Source: Yuukianura sp. NJ FZ-2021 (Eukaryota). Taken from it: a DNA stretch of 64,000 bases. Every line of letters starts with the position of its first letter. Within the stretch, counting starts at the first letter, position 1. Below, in pieces: positions 1 to 11,954 of this stretch. Location: positions 62,001-126,000 of the forward strand of contig CM102288.1 of assembly GCA_046563655.1 (NCBI GenBank), written 5' to 3'. The position numbers were made by a program, and so were the translations under genes. The notes beneath the pieces were generated by a model. The model saw only the letters and a list, made by a program, of their open reading frames with translations. It was not told the DNA's origin and searched no databases.

Positions 1-3000
1 ATGATGGATGATGTAAATGCGGCCGACCAACCGTTGTTGACCTTTGACCCAGACGTCGTCGACTTTGTCCTTGAGCTTGGCCCAGTCATCTCCCTCTCTC
101 TAGAAGAATGTCGAGCCACCTTATCCACCGTCGGCACGAACAAAATCACGCCAGCCGCCGTAGCTCGCATAATGAACGGGATGCTCAAGGCATCGAGCGA
201 CCGCGGCGCTGGCGGTGGAGGTGGTTGGGGGGAAGAAGCGAAGGGAGATTCAGAAGAAGCGATTCCCTGGAACGGGAAAGTGTTTGTAGAGGCTGTGCTG
301 GATCTTGTGCCGACGTTCGTGTGGAAAGAAGTGTTCCATCAACTTGACTTCCCCGGCTTCTGCATCCCCTCTTCCTCTGCATTCCGAGCCCTCATCGAAG
401 CCCTTCGCTATGGACTGACCCTTCAAGGCCAAACTCGGCCTGATCAGTTCCCAGTGGAGGCCTTCTACCGAACATGGAACAACTCTGATGCTCAGATGAG
501 CCTCATTCGCCAAGGTCTCAACCCCAACAACTACGACGTCTTCTCCTTTGCTGACTTCCCCTTCCACTCCTCCTCTGTGGACATTCTCAAGAACTCTCAA
601 GACAAAGGACACGAGTCCAAGGAAACTGCGACCTGGAAGAGTCTCGAGCTCATCGAAGTGCTGCTCAGTTTGTCTGACTCTGGACACTATGCCACAGTGA
701 GTGACTGTTTCCAGTACCCCATTGCCCACTGTCCAGAAGTCCTCATCATCGGACTCATCCAGTTGTCCACTCCCATGAACGCCCTTCGTCAAGAGCTCCT
801 CGCCACGCTCTTCCCCCTCTTCCTCAACACGCATGTCAGTTCAGGCGCAGTGCTCAACTTTGCCTGGCAACAGTCCGGCACGAACACAATTCGACCAGTA
901 CTTATGATGGCCATGGCAGACTGGTACCTGTCCAGTGACTGTGACCAAGCGAGACTGAGCCGAGTGCTGGACATTGCCCAGGACTTGAAGGCCCTTTCTC
1001 TCCTCCTCAACGCCAACTCTACGCCCTTTGTTATAGACTTGGCCATCCTAGCCTCCCGAAGAGAGTTTCTCAAACTGGACAAGTGGTTGGGCGACAAAGT
1101 GAGGGAATTCGGAGAGCCCTTTGTGTCTGCCCTGGCCAATGTCGTCAAAAGAAGAGTTCCACAACTAGTTGGGAGAGATGAACCAGCGTCAGTCAAGGGT
1201 CATCTGCCCCCCGAAGTGCTGGCGACCATCATCAATGCACTGCATCAAGCCATTGGGAAAACAACCAACCAGGAACTGACAGACACCATCATGAGCATTG
1301 GAAACAACTACACCAGACTACTGGGAAAACAGAGACAACCATCACAACCACTGCCCTCAGCACAAACCGGTACTTTTATACTACTTTTTAAAACTGCTGG
1401 AACCAAATCATAAGAAAGTAAGAAACTGTCTCAAAAGTAGTTTTTTGTTTAGGTTTGGGCAACATTCTGAGATCTCATCGCAGTTTGGAGCCGAGTTTCA
1501 ACTCTCCGCCTCCGCCACCTCCGAATCTAAATCAATTCGGAACTGAGCCTTTGAACTCTCTGGGCTCAACGTTGGCTGGACTGAACTTGGCTGGAGTGGG
1601 GTCATTTGGTCTGAGTGGACTCAATTCTGTCACGCCGGGATCCCCCTCCAGACTCCTCGGACACAACATCGGACACTCTCATCAGCAGCAGCAACCACAG
1701 CAAAACTCTGGTTTCATGGGTTTAGGTGGGCCTCTGGGCCCACCGAATCGAAATGCATCCACCCCACCCATCGGCCCCATGGGGAATCCCCTCATGAGCA
1801 TGTTGAGTGGTCGGTTTGGAGCTAATCCCACCAGTCAACCCACCACACCCGAAACGAGGAGGAACAATGTGTCAGGCGACAGTGGGGCACTCGTCATCGG
1901 GGGACAGTCGTATGCGGAAATTCAGGGGACGGAGATCTCAAAAGAAGCAGAGGATGAGGCCAACGGATACTTTCACAGGATCTACAGCAAACCACCAGTA
2001 AGTATTATAATAATAAAAACATAATATAATTTATGAATTATAATTGATAATATAATTTAGAGTCAACTATTTAAAGTTTAAACATGATTTGTGTGTAGGA
2101 TCCTTGCATGTCGATTGACGAAGTGCTGGAACTGCTGAAGCGATTCAAGGACTCTTCCAACCGGAGAGAGCGAGAGGTTTTTGCCTGTATGCTTCGCAAC
2201 CTATTTGAAGAGTACAAATTCTTTCCGCAGTATCCAGAGAAGGAACTCCACACAACGGCACAACTCTTTGGCGGAATCATCGAACATGGACTTGTGTCCT
2301 CCTTTGTTCAACTCGGCATTGCCCTTCGATTTGTGGTGGATGCTCTCAAGAAACCAATAGGTTCCAAGATGTACTACTTTGGAATTGCTGCTCTGGACAG
2401 ATTCAAAGTGAAATTAAAAGAGTATCCGCAGTACTGCCAGCATCTCAAGTCCATTCCGCACTTTTACGACTTTCCCTCCACACTAGCTGACTATGTGGAA
2501 TTCGGAGCTAATCAAAGGGAGCCCCCTGGACAAGGAATTCCAAGACCACGCCCAGGAGCTGCCACTTTGCCCCCCGCACAAACAACAAACAACAATCCAA
2601 CTCAGACGCCAGCAATTCCCTCTCCTGCATCAGCACCAGGACAAGGTCAGTAACAATTCATATTATATTATATTTTATTCATTTTTATTCATTTTTCATT
2701 TACTAGGTAAACCAATTGGGAGTATATCAGCAAGTAGTCTTTCTGGACCTTCTGCCCTTCCTCTGGCTCCGTCCATTCCAAGTGGAGCCTTGAAGGGCCC
2801 TTCCATCTCTGGGCGCCCTTCCATTGCCAATTCTACCAACATCAACACTCTCCTTGTGGCCACAGAGAAAGATGAGAAGATCACTCCTCCCCCAGAATCC
2901 ATTCAAGACAAAACTGCTTTCATCTTCAACAATCTAAATCAGATGAATCTGACAGACAAGTGCAAGGAACTGAAGGAACTCCTGTCCACCGACCACTGGT

Positions 3001-6000
3001 TGTGGATGAGTCAATATCTCGTCATGAAGAGAGCCTCCATCGAACTCAACTTCCACACACTCTACTCCAATCTGCTGGACACTCTCAAGATAGGAGAGTT
3101 GAATGTGGCTGTAGTGAGAGAGACGCATCGCAACATCCAAATTCTGCTCCGAGCAGACAAGTCCGCCTCCAACTTCAGTGATCGCAGTTTGCTCAAGAAC
3201 TTGGGCCATTGGCTGGGCATGATCACCGTCATGAAGAGCAAACCCATTGTGCTGGATGATCTGGACATCAAGAGTCTCATCGTGGAGGCTTATCGCAAGG
3301 GACTCCAGGATCTGCTCTACGTCGTTCCCTTTGCAGCCAAAATCATGGAGAGTTGTTCCAGATCCATTGTCTTCAAGCCACCCTGTCCCTGGACAATGGG
3401 CATTCTCAATGTCCTCGCAGAACTCCACAAAGAACCGGAGATGAAACTGAATTTGAAGTTTGAGATTGAAGTGCTGTGTAAGTCTCTGAGTATGGAAATT
3501 ACTGAAATTACTCCCTCTGCAATTCTCAAAGATGAAGAAGCATTTAAAGTGAGAGTGAGACAATTGTCCTATGTCCAACCACAACAACAGCAGCAGCAAC
3601 GACTGCCGTCGGAAGCGGACAAAAGATTGGCCCTTGGAAATATTCCTGAACCACAACAGGTAAACATCTAACTCAATTTCTATTAATAAAATAAATATTA
3701 ATAATATTAATAATAACGTTAATAAATTAATAAATATTTGTATTTTGATTGTTTAGACAAAACAAGAGACGCAGAGGATAACACCGGAAGGATTTACGTC
3801 CATGTCCACCCCTCCTCCGCAAGTGAGCATGTCAAACAATGTCACAAGTCAACACTCTGCTTCTCAGCATGGGATTGGGATCGGTGGACCCCATCAAGGC
3901 ATTTCTGCACTCCCCAACATCCCAAATACTGGTAAATCAATTGGAATTCCACAATATTTAAGAAAAAAAACTTAACTTTTAAGTTGAAACTTTGAACTTT
4001 TGTGCTAACTTTTGTGTAAACTTATGGTTGCAGGAGTTGCAGCAGAACCCAAGTTTTCTTTTATGGAGGTTGACACTGGTAATCTGAGTGGTCTTTTGGC
4101 CCACACAGTCATCAATAATCAGATTCCGCTGCTCCAAGCACATCCTCATCTGAGAGCCTTTGTGAAGCCAGCGATTGAGAAGGGAATCAACGACCTCATT
4201 CTGCCAGTGGTGGACAGATCAGTCAAGTACACTGTCAACGCATGTGAAGCCATCATCAAGAAGGACTTTGCCATGGATCCAGAGGAGAACCGCATGCGCA
4301 CTGGGGCTCAACTCATGATGAGACATCTTGCAGGTACTAAAAAAGTGTACTTTTTAGTACAACTTGTAATCACCATAAATGTTTCAGTTGTAACTTTGTA
4401 TTTTTGTAGCTGGAATGGCCATGATCACTTCTCGAGATCACATCTTCATCACAATCAGCACTAATCTGAGAGGAGCATTTATGGGAGCCATTCGGGGTTC
4501 CGCCAATAATCAGCAAGTAAGAACTACTTTTTACCTTACCTAAAAGTGTGTTCAACTAAATTCAAATTTTACAATTTAATTTTAAAACTTCAAAATTCAA
4601 TTTCTTTTTGTTTGAGCTAAAGTGTTTGTTGTTTAGGTGAAGGAGATGGTAGAGCAGGCAGTGACGATCCTTGCTCAAGAGAACATGGAGCTTGCCTGTG
4701 TGTTTATTCAGAAGACGGCAGTGGAGAAGGCGTTGCAGGAAATAGAGAAACGATTAGCCCCCGAGTACGAAGTTCGTAAGCAGGCCAAGATGGAGGGAAG
4801 AAGGTACTGTGATCCAGCCATGATCACGTATCAGATGGACAGAATCCCAGAGCCAATCAGAGTGAAGCCAGCGAGGGAAGGGGGGAGTCTGGGGGTGTAC
4901 GAGGACTTCTCCAGAAGCATCCCTGGATTCCTGCCGATGGAGGGAGAGGGGCCCTTTCCCAACAAGTTCAACCGCATGGACTCCACGCAGCACATCCTCC
5001 CACTCGGGGGGCAGCAAATCATGCCACCCAACGCCCAACCCCCGCTCCCCCAACCACCAGGGGCAAACGACGACATTCTCAACATTTACGACAAATTGAT
5101 TGGGCAAATGGACAACTATCTCCAGGATCTCACACTCTACTCTTCGCCACTCTCAAATCAACTTGTAAGTCGAATTCTAAAATTATACTCACAAAAATGA
5201 AAATTTTTGTAGAAAATGATGATGAATTATTTGATTATGGTTGCTTCATGCTGAACCCGCAAAGTAATAGTGTCGACACTGGGATTCTGAAAAGGAATTT
5301 CCAAATTCAGAATTTTTCCGATTCCTTTCAAAATCGTTTTTGTGACGTTTTGCCTTTGTTTTTCAGAGTGGTGGGATTCGGTCCCTGGGTGATTTGATTG
5401 TGACTGCAAAGAACACGCGGAGTGTGGTGGCTGCAATTACACTTTTGCAGAAGGCAGTTGAAGGGCTCCTTGAAGGGCTCTCTTCTTATCCCACTGATCC
5501 AGAAATCATTAGATTCAGAGATGCTCATCTTCTCGTTCTAAAGGCACTTCAAGATCCAAGGGCCTTTGGAGAAGGGTGGGTCAATCGACAAGTGACCAAG
5601 TAAGAAATTCAATCTCTAATCTAAACATTTAGGAAATGTTAGGATGTTTTCAAACTAGAGTTTCCGATGGGACTTTTAAATCCTTTGTGACGAAAACTGT
5701 TGACTGATTTCATTTTGAAAATCAAAGTAGAATGTTAGTTAGTGACATCAGTTTAATTTTGGATTGTTTTGTGTAGGACGTTGATTGAGACGCGTTCTGA
5801 TTGGAAGTTCAACGTGGAGGCAGTGGATACTTTGATCCGGAGTAATTTAGTGAACATGCTGCAGTTTGATGCTTACTTGGCCAGTGCTTTGGAGAAAGGC
5901 AACAACTTGGCTGCAATGAACTTTGCGATTCCCTTGGTTCGCATGTACTGTGTAGATGAGCGCTTTTCGGTGGTTGTTAACGAAGGGGACTTTTTCAATA

Positions 6001-8770
6001 CGGTAAGTCAGACTTCAAAAGTTTCTATTTCAAAGTATTCTTAAAATGATGATTCTGAACTAGAGTCTCCGATACTTGACGATTCATTTTCAAACTGAAA
6101 ATTAGACTAAATAGTTGAAACTATTTAAATATCTTGAGTAATTTGTGTGCTAACTACTGTGATTATTGTAGGCGGACATTTTGTGTCGTTGTGCCACGAT
6201 GAACCGAACTCCTCCGGAGGGACTTTTGTCATTGGTGGAAGCATTGCGTGGAAATGCGAACGGACAACAACAGCAGTCGCAACCTCCACCCCCACCACAA
6301 GTGGAGCCACAAGCATTCCCACCCACCGGAAGAACTCCACCCATGATGTCTACCCACCTTCACTCGGGAATGGATCAGTTTAGACAGAACGATGACCCCT
6401 CAGGTCAGGCACAAAGTCAATGGAAAACTTAAAAGTACTTTTTCGTTGGCTGATTTCATGATTATGTTTTGCAGGATTAGTTGAAAAGTCTGAAATGTTG
6501 TTGCGAGAGTGGATTCGACTGTTTGTGACGCAGGGAACGCCCAAAGACTCTTCCAAACCATTTGCTAGTTTCATCAATGAACTCAACTTGTCAGGAATTC
6601 TCAAGTCAGATGATGTCATCACACGCTTCTTTCGGATCTCAGTTCAATGTTGTGTCAATCAAGTGTACCAAGGACTACAGGTTGGACGATAACACTTTTT
6701 ACTCACTTTTTCATTTAGATAATGATGATCAATCAGTTATCGTTGCTTCATGCTGAACCCGCAAAGTAACAGTGTTGACACTGGGATTCTGATCAAAACT
6801 TCTGAAACATAACACTGATAATCAATCTTATGGAATTGACTAATTTTGATTTTGTTTTTAGGCTGGAAATTTTGCTTTTGTGAGGGGGAAAGTGTATCAG
6901 ACGACGGACGCTTTGGTGCGCCTTGTCGCTCTGCTCATTCGACACATTGGAGACAACGGAAATCCAGGACCCAAAGTGAATCTTCTCAACAAATTCCTCG
7001 GAATAGTCGCTGGACTCTTGATCCAAGATCACGAGATGCAAAAGGGAGACTTCCAACAACTCCCGTTCCATCGCATGTTCCTCATGCTCTTCTACGATAT
7101 GATTGGATCAGATCCAGTCTTTGACAGCATCGTCATGCAAGTAAGTCAACAACTAAACTAAACATCTCTACATTTTTAAACTGTGATGAACTTGTATTCT
7201 AATTATCGTTGCTTCATTCTGAACCCGCAAAAACTCATGTCGAGAATGGGATTCTGATGGAATTTTCAAAATATGAAATATTTCATGTCCTTACTCTTTC
7301 TAATCCAAGGTTTTTTCCTCAACAGACGCTGATTGGATTCAGTAATACGATGCACATTCTGAATCCCATGAAAGTTCCTGGATTTGCGTATGCCTGGCTC
7401 GAGATTGTGGGAAACCGGATGTTTATTGCTCGGATGCTGGCACTGGCTGCGGATCAGAAGTGCTGGGCAATGTACTGCCAACTACTGCTGGACCTGTTCA
7501 AGTTCCTCCAACCATTCATGAGGAACGCAGACATGCCGAGTGCTGTCCAAACTCTGTACAGAGGAACACTCAGAGTTCTGCTCGTCATTCTCCACGACTT
7601 CCCTGACTTCCTGTGTGACTATTCTTATCAATTCCTGGATGCGATTCCACCCAACTGCATCCAGATGAGGAATTTAGTTCTGTCTGCCTTCCCAAGGAAC
7701 ATGAGACTCCCAGACCCATTCACTGCTAATCTCAAGTTTGAAATGCTGGCAGACACTGCGCTCCCACCAAGAATACTGTCCAATGTCGCTGCCATGATCA
7801 CTCCGCCACAATTCAAAAAGGACATTGACTCTTACTTGAAAACACGCGGACCCGTCACTTTTCTCTCCGAACTGAGACCGAATCTACAAGTAAGCAATGC
7901 TAAGATATTGAAATGTAGTTTTTCATTTGGTTCAAATGATGTTGATTTAAACTAGAGTTTCCGATTGTCTCTTTATGACGATAACAATTCCACTGATTTA
8001 GTTTGAGAAATTAGGTTAAGAAAATGATTTTGTGAAAGATTGAGTTGATTTGTTTGGTTTTTCAGAAATTCAACGAGCCGGGTGAGCGCTACAACATCCC
8101 CCTCATCAACGCCCTTGTTTTGTACGTGGGCTCTCAACACATCGCAGTCATTCGTGGACGTGGTCAGACGCCTAGCTTGTCAACGGTGGCTCACACGTCC
8201 CACATGGACATTTTCCAGAATCTGGCGGTGGATCTGGACACGGAAGGGCGCTACTTGTTCCTCAACGCCCTCGCTAACCAACTTCGCTTCCCCTCCAGCC
8301 ACACGCACTACTTCAGCCTCATCATCCTCTATCTCTTTGCACAGTCCAACACGGAGGTTGTGCAGGTAAAACAAAGGAATATATAATAATTAATATATAT
8401 TAACATTTACATTCAATTACAGGAGCAAATTACGCGAGTTCTGCTGGAGCGTCTGGTGGTGAATCGTCCCCATCCGTGGGGCCTCCTCGTCACGTTCATT
8501 GAGCTCATCAAGAACCCCGCCTACAAGTTCTGGACACATGAATTCGTGCACTGTGCACCCGAAGTAGAGAAACTGTTTGAGAGTGTGGCCAGGTCATGCA
8601 TGGTCACGAAAACTCCAGCCATGGCCAGTCCACCACAGCCACAGCAACAACTCAATCAACAACTGAACCAGCAAATGAGTGGAATGCACTTGGGACCGAC
8701 GACCAATGGACCGTCCGTTCTCAACTTTAACGCATCCTCCACCGACTCCTCTCTTCTGGAACAGGAGTGA
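1..8770 (+). CDS. CNOT1: CCR4-NOT transcription complex subunit 1 (multi-exon; 5' end probably upstream of window)
   Basis: Successive ORFs joined by GT-AG introns carry Not1 motifs: [118 protein letters not shown]. Stop TGA ends at 8770. Confidence 0.97.
5214..5295 (+). ncRNA. Intronic box C/D snoRNA, family A copy 1
   Basis: C box ATGATGA (~5216-5225), GTTGCTTCAT followed by D' CTGA, degenerate C' GTGTCGA, D box CTGA at 5287-5290; lies in a CNOT1 intron; paralogous to copies at ~6720 and ~7180. Confidence 0.8.
5632..5711 (+). ncRNA. Intronic box C/D snoRNA, family B copy 1 (snR78/SNORD52-like; degenerate C box)
   Basis: Guide AACTAGAGT followed by TT-CCGA (D'), C' GTGACGA, D box CTGA at 5704-5707, terminal stem GAAAT/ATTTC; C box is poor. 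Confidence 0.6.
6042..6102 (+). ncRNA. Intronic box C/D snoRNA, family B copy 2 (snR78/SNORD52-like)
   Basis: C box ATGATGA 6046-6052; guide AACTAGAGTC complementary to conserved LSU rRNA GACUCUAGU; D' CCGA; C' TTGACGA; D box CTGA 6095-6098. Confidence 0.8.
6717..6796 (+). ncRNA. Intronic box C/D snoRNA, family A copy 2
   Basis: C box ATGATGA 6722-6728; TTATCGTTGCTTCATG-CTGA; C' GTGTTGA; D box CTGA 6789-6792. Confidence 0.82.
7179..7262 (+). ncRNA. Intronic box C/D snoRNA, family A copy 3
   Basis: C box GTGATGA 7183-7189; TTATCGTTGCTTCATT-CTGA; C' ATGTCGA; D box CTGA 7254-7257. Confidence 0.8.
7932..8001 (+). ncRNA. Intronic box C/D snoRNA, family B copy 3 (snR78/SNORD52-like)
   Basis: C-like ATGATGT 7936-7942; AACTAGAGT-TT-CCGA; C' ATGACGA; D box CTGA 7993-7996. 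Confidence 0.72.
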
Positions 8771-8911
8771 AAGCCCCCCTTCTGCCCCCCTATTCTTATA
8801 ATCCTTATTCATTATACAAAGTTTTTGGGAAACAAGTAAATCTATTTAGAGACAAACACTTCAAAGGTTTAATTTAATGGATATCTAAGTGGAAAAGTGT
8901 TAGGTTTTGAA

Positions 8912-9420
8912 TTACTTTTTCTTCTTCTTCTCTTTCGTTTCGGAGGATGAGGGTTCGGAGTCGTTGGGTCTAGATCTTGGTTTTTGCCAGTTGAGGGGCT
9001 TCCGACTGTAGATTGGCCATGGTGGAATCGTCAACTGGAAAATTAATTAACTTATGTTAGAATGATGCTGTTGTTAGTTGTACGTTGTACTTACGATGGA
9101 AGCGAGCAGAAACCCACCGCCCAGAATCCACACTGTTTCCGAGAACTGCTGAATGGCATACCCCCAACCGAATCCAACGACCTGTTCACCCAACTTAATT
9201 AACTTCCAATGTTTCTCAAACAATTTGTTTTCCCTTACGCCAAAGAGAAGGATGATGATTCTGGACAACTTCTCAGCTCGAGCCTGTCCATCATAGTCCT
9301 ACATTTTACAAAATGAAATCAGTATCAGTGTTAGTAACAAAGTTAGATGAAGAAATACTTAATTGTGAATTGGCTGTAACTTACCATGTGTAGTCCTTCG
9401 TACCACTCAGTTATTCCCAT
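8912..9420 (-). CDS. SPCS1: Signal peptidase complex subunit 1 (SPC12), 4 exons
   Basis: Spliced product MGITEWYEGLHM/DYDGQARAEKLSRIIILLFG/VVGFGWGYAIQQFSETVWILGGGFLLASI/LTIPPWPIYSRKPLNWQKP...KKKKK* matches the SPC12 pattern (MDxxGQ, two TM helices, PPWPxY..PLxWQ). Confidence 0.92.
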
Positions 9421-9964
9421 CTTCAACACTTCCGGATTAATTCACAAACTTTAACTTACGATCACTTTCCTTCCTAATTAATTATAGAGTTTTCAACTAA
9501 ATTCTTCCTGTCACTGGCTCATTTGAAAACAGACGAAGAAAGAACTGTTGACTGTTTCCTTTTCCATAAGCCACGTCAATAGTCAATTGAATTGTGGCAT
9601 TTGAACAACATACGCGCCAATTCCAGTCTCACTTTCACACCCAAAAGCAAAAGTTACAACAATCCAAACGCCGCCGCGGCTCTAACGAAGTTGAAGCGAT
9701 TTATCGAAACAAATTCCTCCCAAGGTCCTACTCAATAAATCAGTAGACGTTTGTGTAAAATGAACCTTAATGTTGTTTTTGTTGTATTGAATTAATAAAG
9801 ATGAGAATAATTAGTTTATTCGTATTTCTGTACAATTGGAAAGATCAGAAGAGAGGCAGAGAGGGCCCCTCCTTGACCCTTGTTCCAGCCTCCTCAGAGG
9901 GCGATGCAAGATGGAGCCTTCAATACTTGATTTGACGAGTAGTGGGGTGGGTTCGGTGGTGGGA

Positions 9965-10764
<800 letters not shown>

Positions 10765-11954
10765 TTAACGCCCAGGATATCAACACCACCAAAAACTAAT
10801 TTTTCCAAGTCCAACTGAAAAAACAATAAAGAGAAAGATTAAATTAATCCCAAAAACTGGACTTCCAATACGAGTCAAGTCATTTCCGAATTCACAATTC
10901 AAAAGTAAGATTTGGAGAGTACAAGGAGTGAGTTGAACTTTATATCTGCATTATTACGTCATGCAAGGTACGAAAGATAGGAAAGTATTAGTCATCAGCT
11001 GCTCTTGATCGACGTGTACCAAACACACAACTACGGACAATGAAACCTACCGTAAACTTTAACAATTGGATGACATAGGAAATAGGAATACTTGGAAGTT
11101 GGAAGTAGCGGAAGCGGGAGCTGGACAAGGAACCATATTTGAGGAAATTGAGGGAGGACAAGAAGAGGAGAAAGAGATGACTTACCTTGCCGTGTTTCGC
11201 CTACACTAGCAGGGGCGGATGTTGCGATGGATTGAACTGTTGTTTATCTGGTCAGTTGACCTCTTGACCTCTGCCACAGACGTAGGGAGTAATTATCGGC
11301 AAGCGGTCACCCTTTGGGAAGACTAGTTTGAGGGCTTTTTAGAAAAGAGACGGAAAATGAAGAAGAGGGGATTTGCCCTTTGGTTCGCCACGTCACGCAA
11401 TTCCCAAATCCTCAAATCTCCTCTTTTTGCGCACGTTTCAAATGACACAGAGACACCCAATGCGAAACCCCACTTCACCCGCCAAATTCAAATTTCACAA
11501 ATTCCGTGGCTCATCTAAGGGTTTCTACACATTCTACCACCTACCCCCCATGTATGGGCAATTAGTTGTTCGGTACAGTTAGCTCTGATTCATATCTAAA
11601 AAGTAAATGATTCATTATGTATTTTTAAATCATTAGTAATTAAAATTAAATATTAGTTTAATTTTAGTGTAACTTTAGTTGCATAAAACAAACTAGCACT
11701 TCAATAGAAGTGTCTGTTGCCCAACTGTGGTGGATTTAATAACGAGGGCATGGGGTGAAGGTGTCAGTATCCGTTGGCACAACTTTACTTGAATTTTTTG
11801 TGTTTATCAGCTGGTAAAGGAGTGACATTATCTTTGTGTATTGTCAACGTCAAGTCAATTACTAATTGAATTAACTAGTTGATACGGTGGTTCCGTCACT
11901 CAATTACACCGGAGAACGGGCGCACCAACTGACTTTGGAGACATATGCAAGGGA

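Noticed and set aside
2934..3656. Long antisense ORFs over CNOT1 (also 250-834, and 54892-55584 over RARS1)
   Set aside because: Shadow frames of real coding exons; no independent motifs.
6299..6312. GTGGAGCCAC in a CNOT1 exon as another copy of the Harbinger hairpin motif
   Set aside because: Only 4-bp arms and lacks the AG...CT ends; expected by chance in coding sequence.
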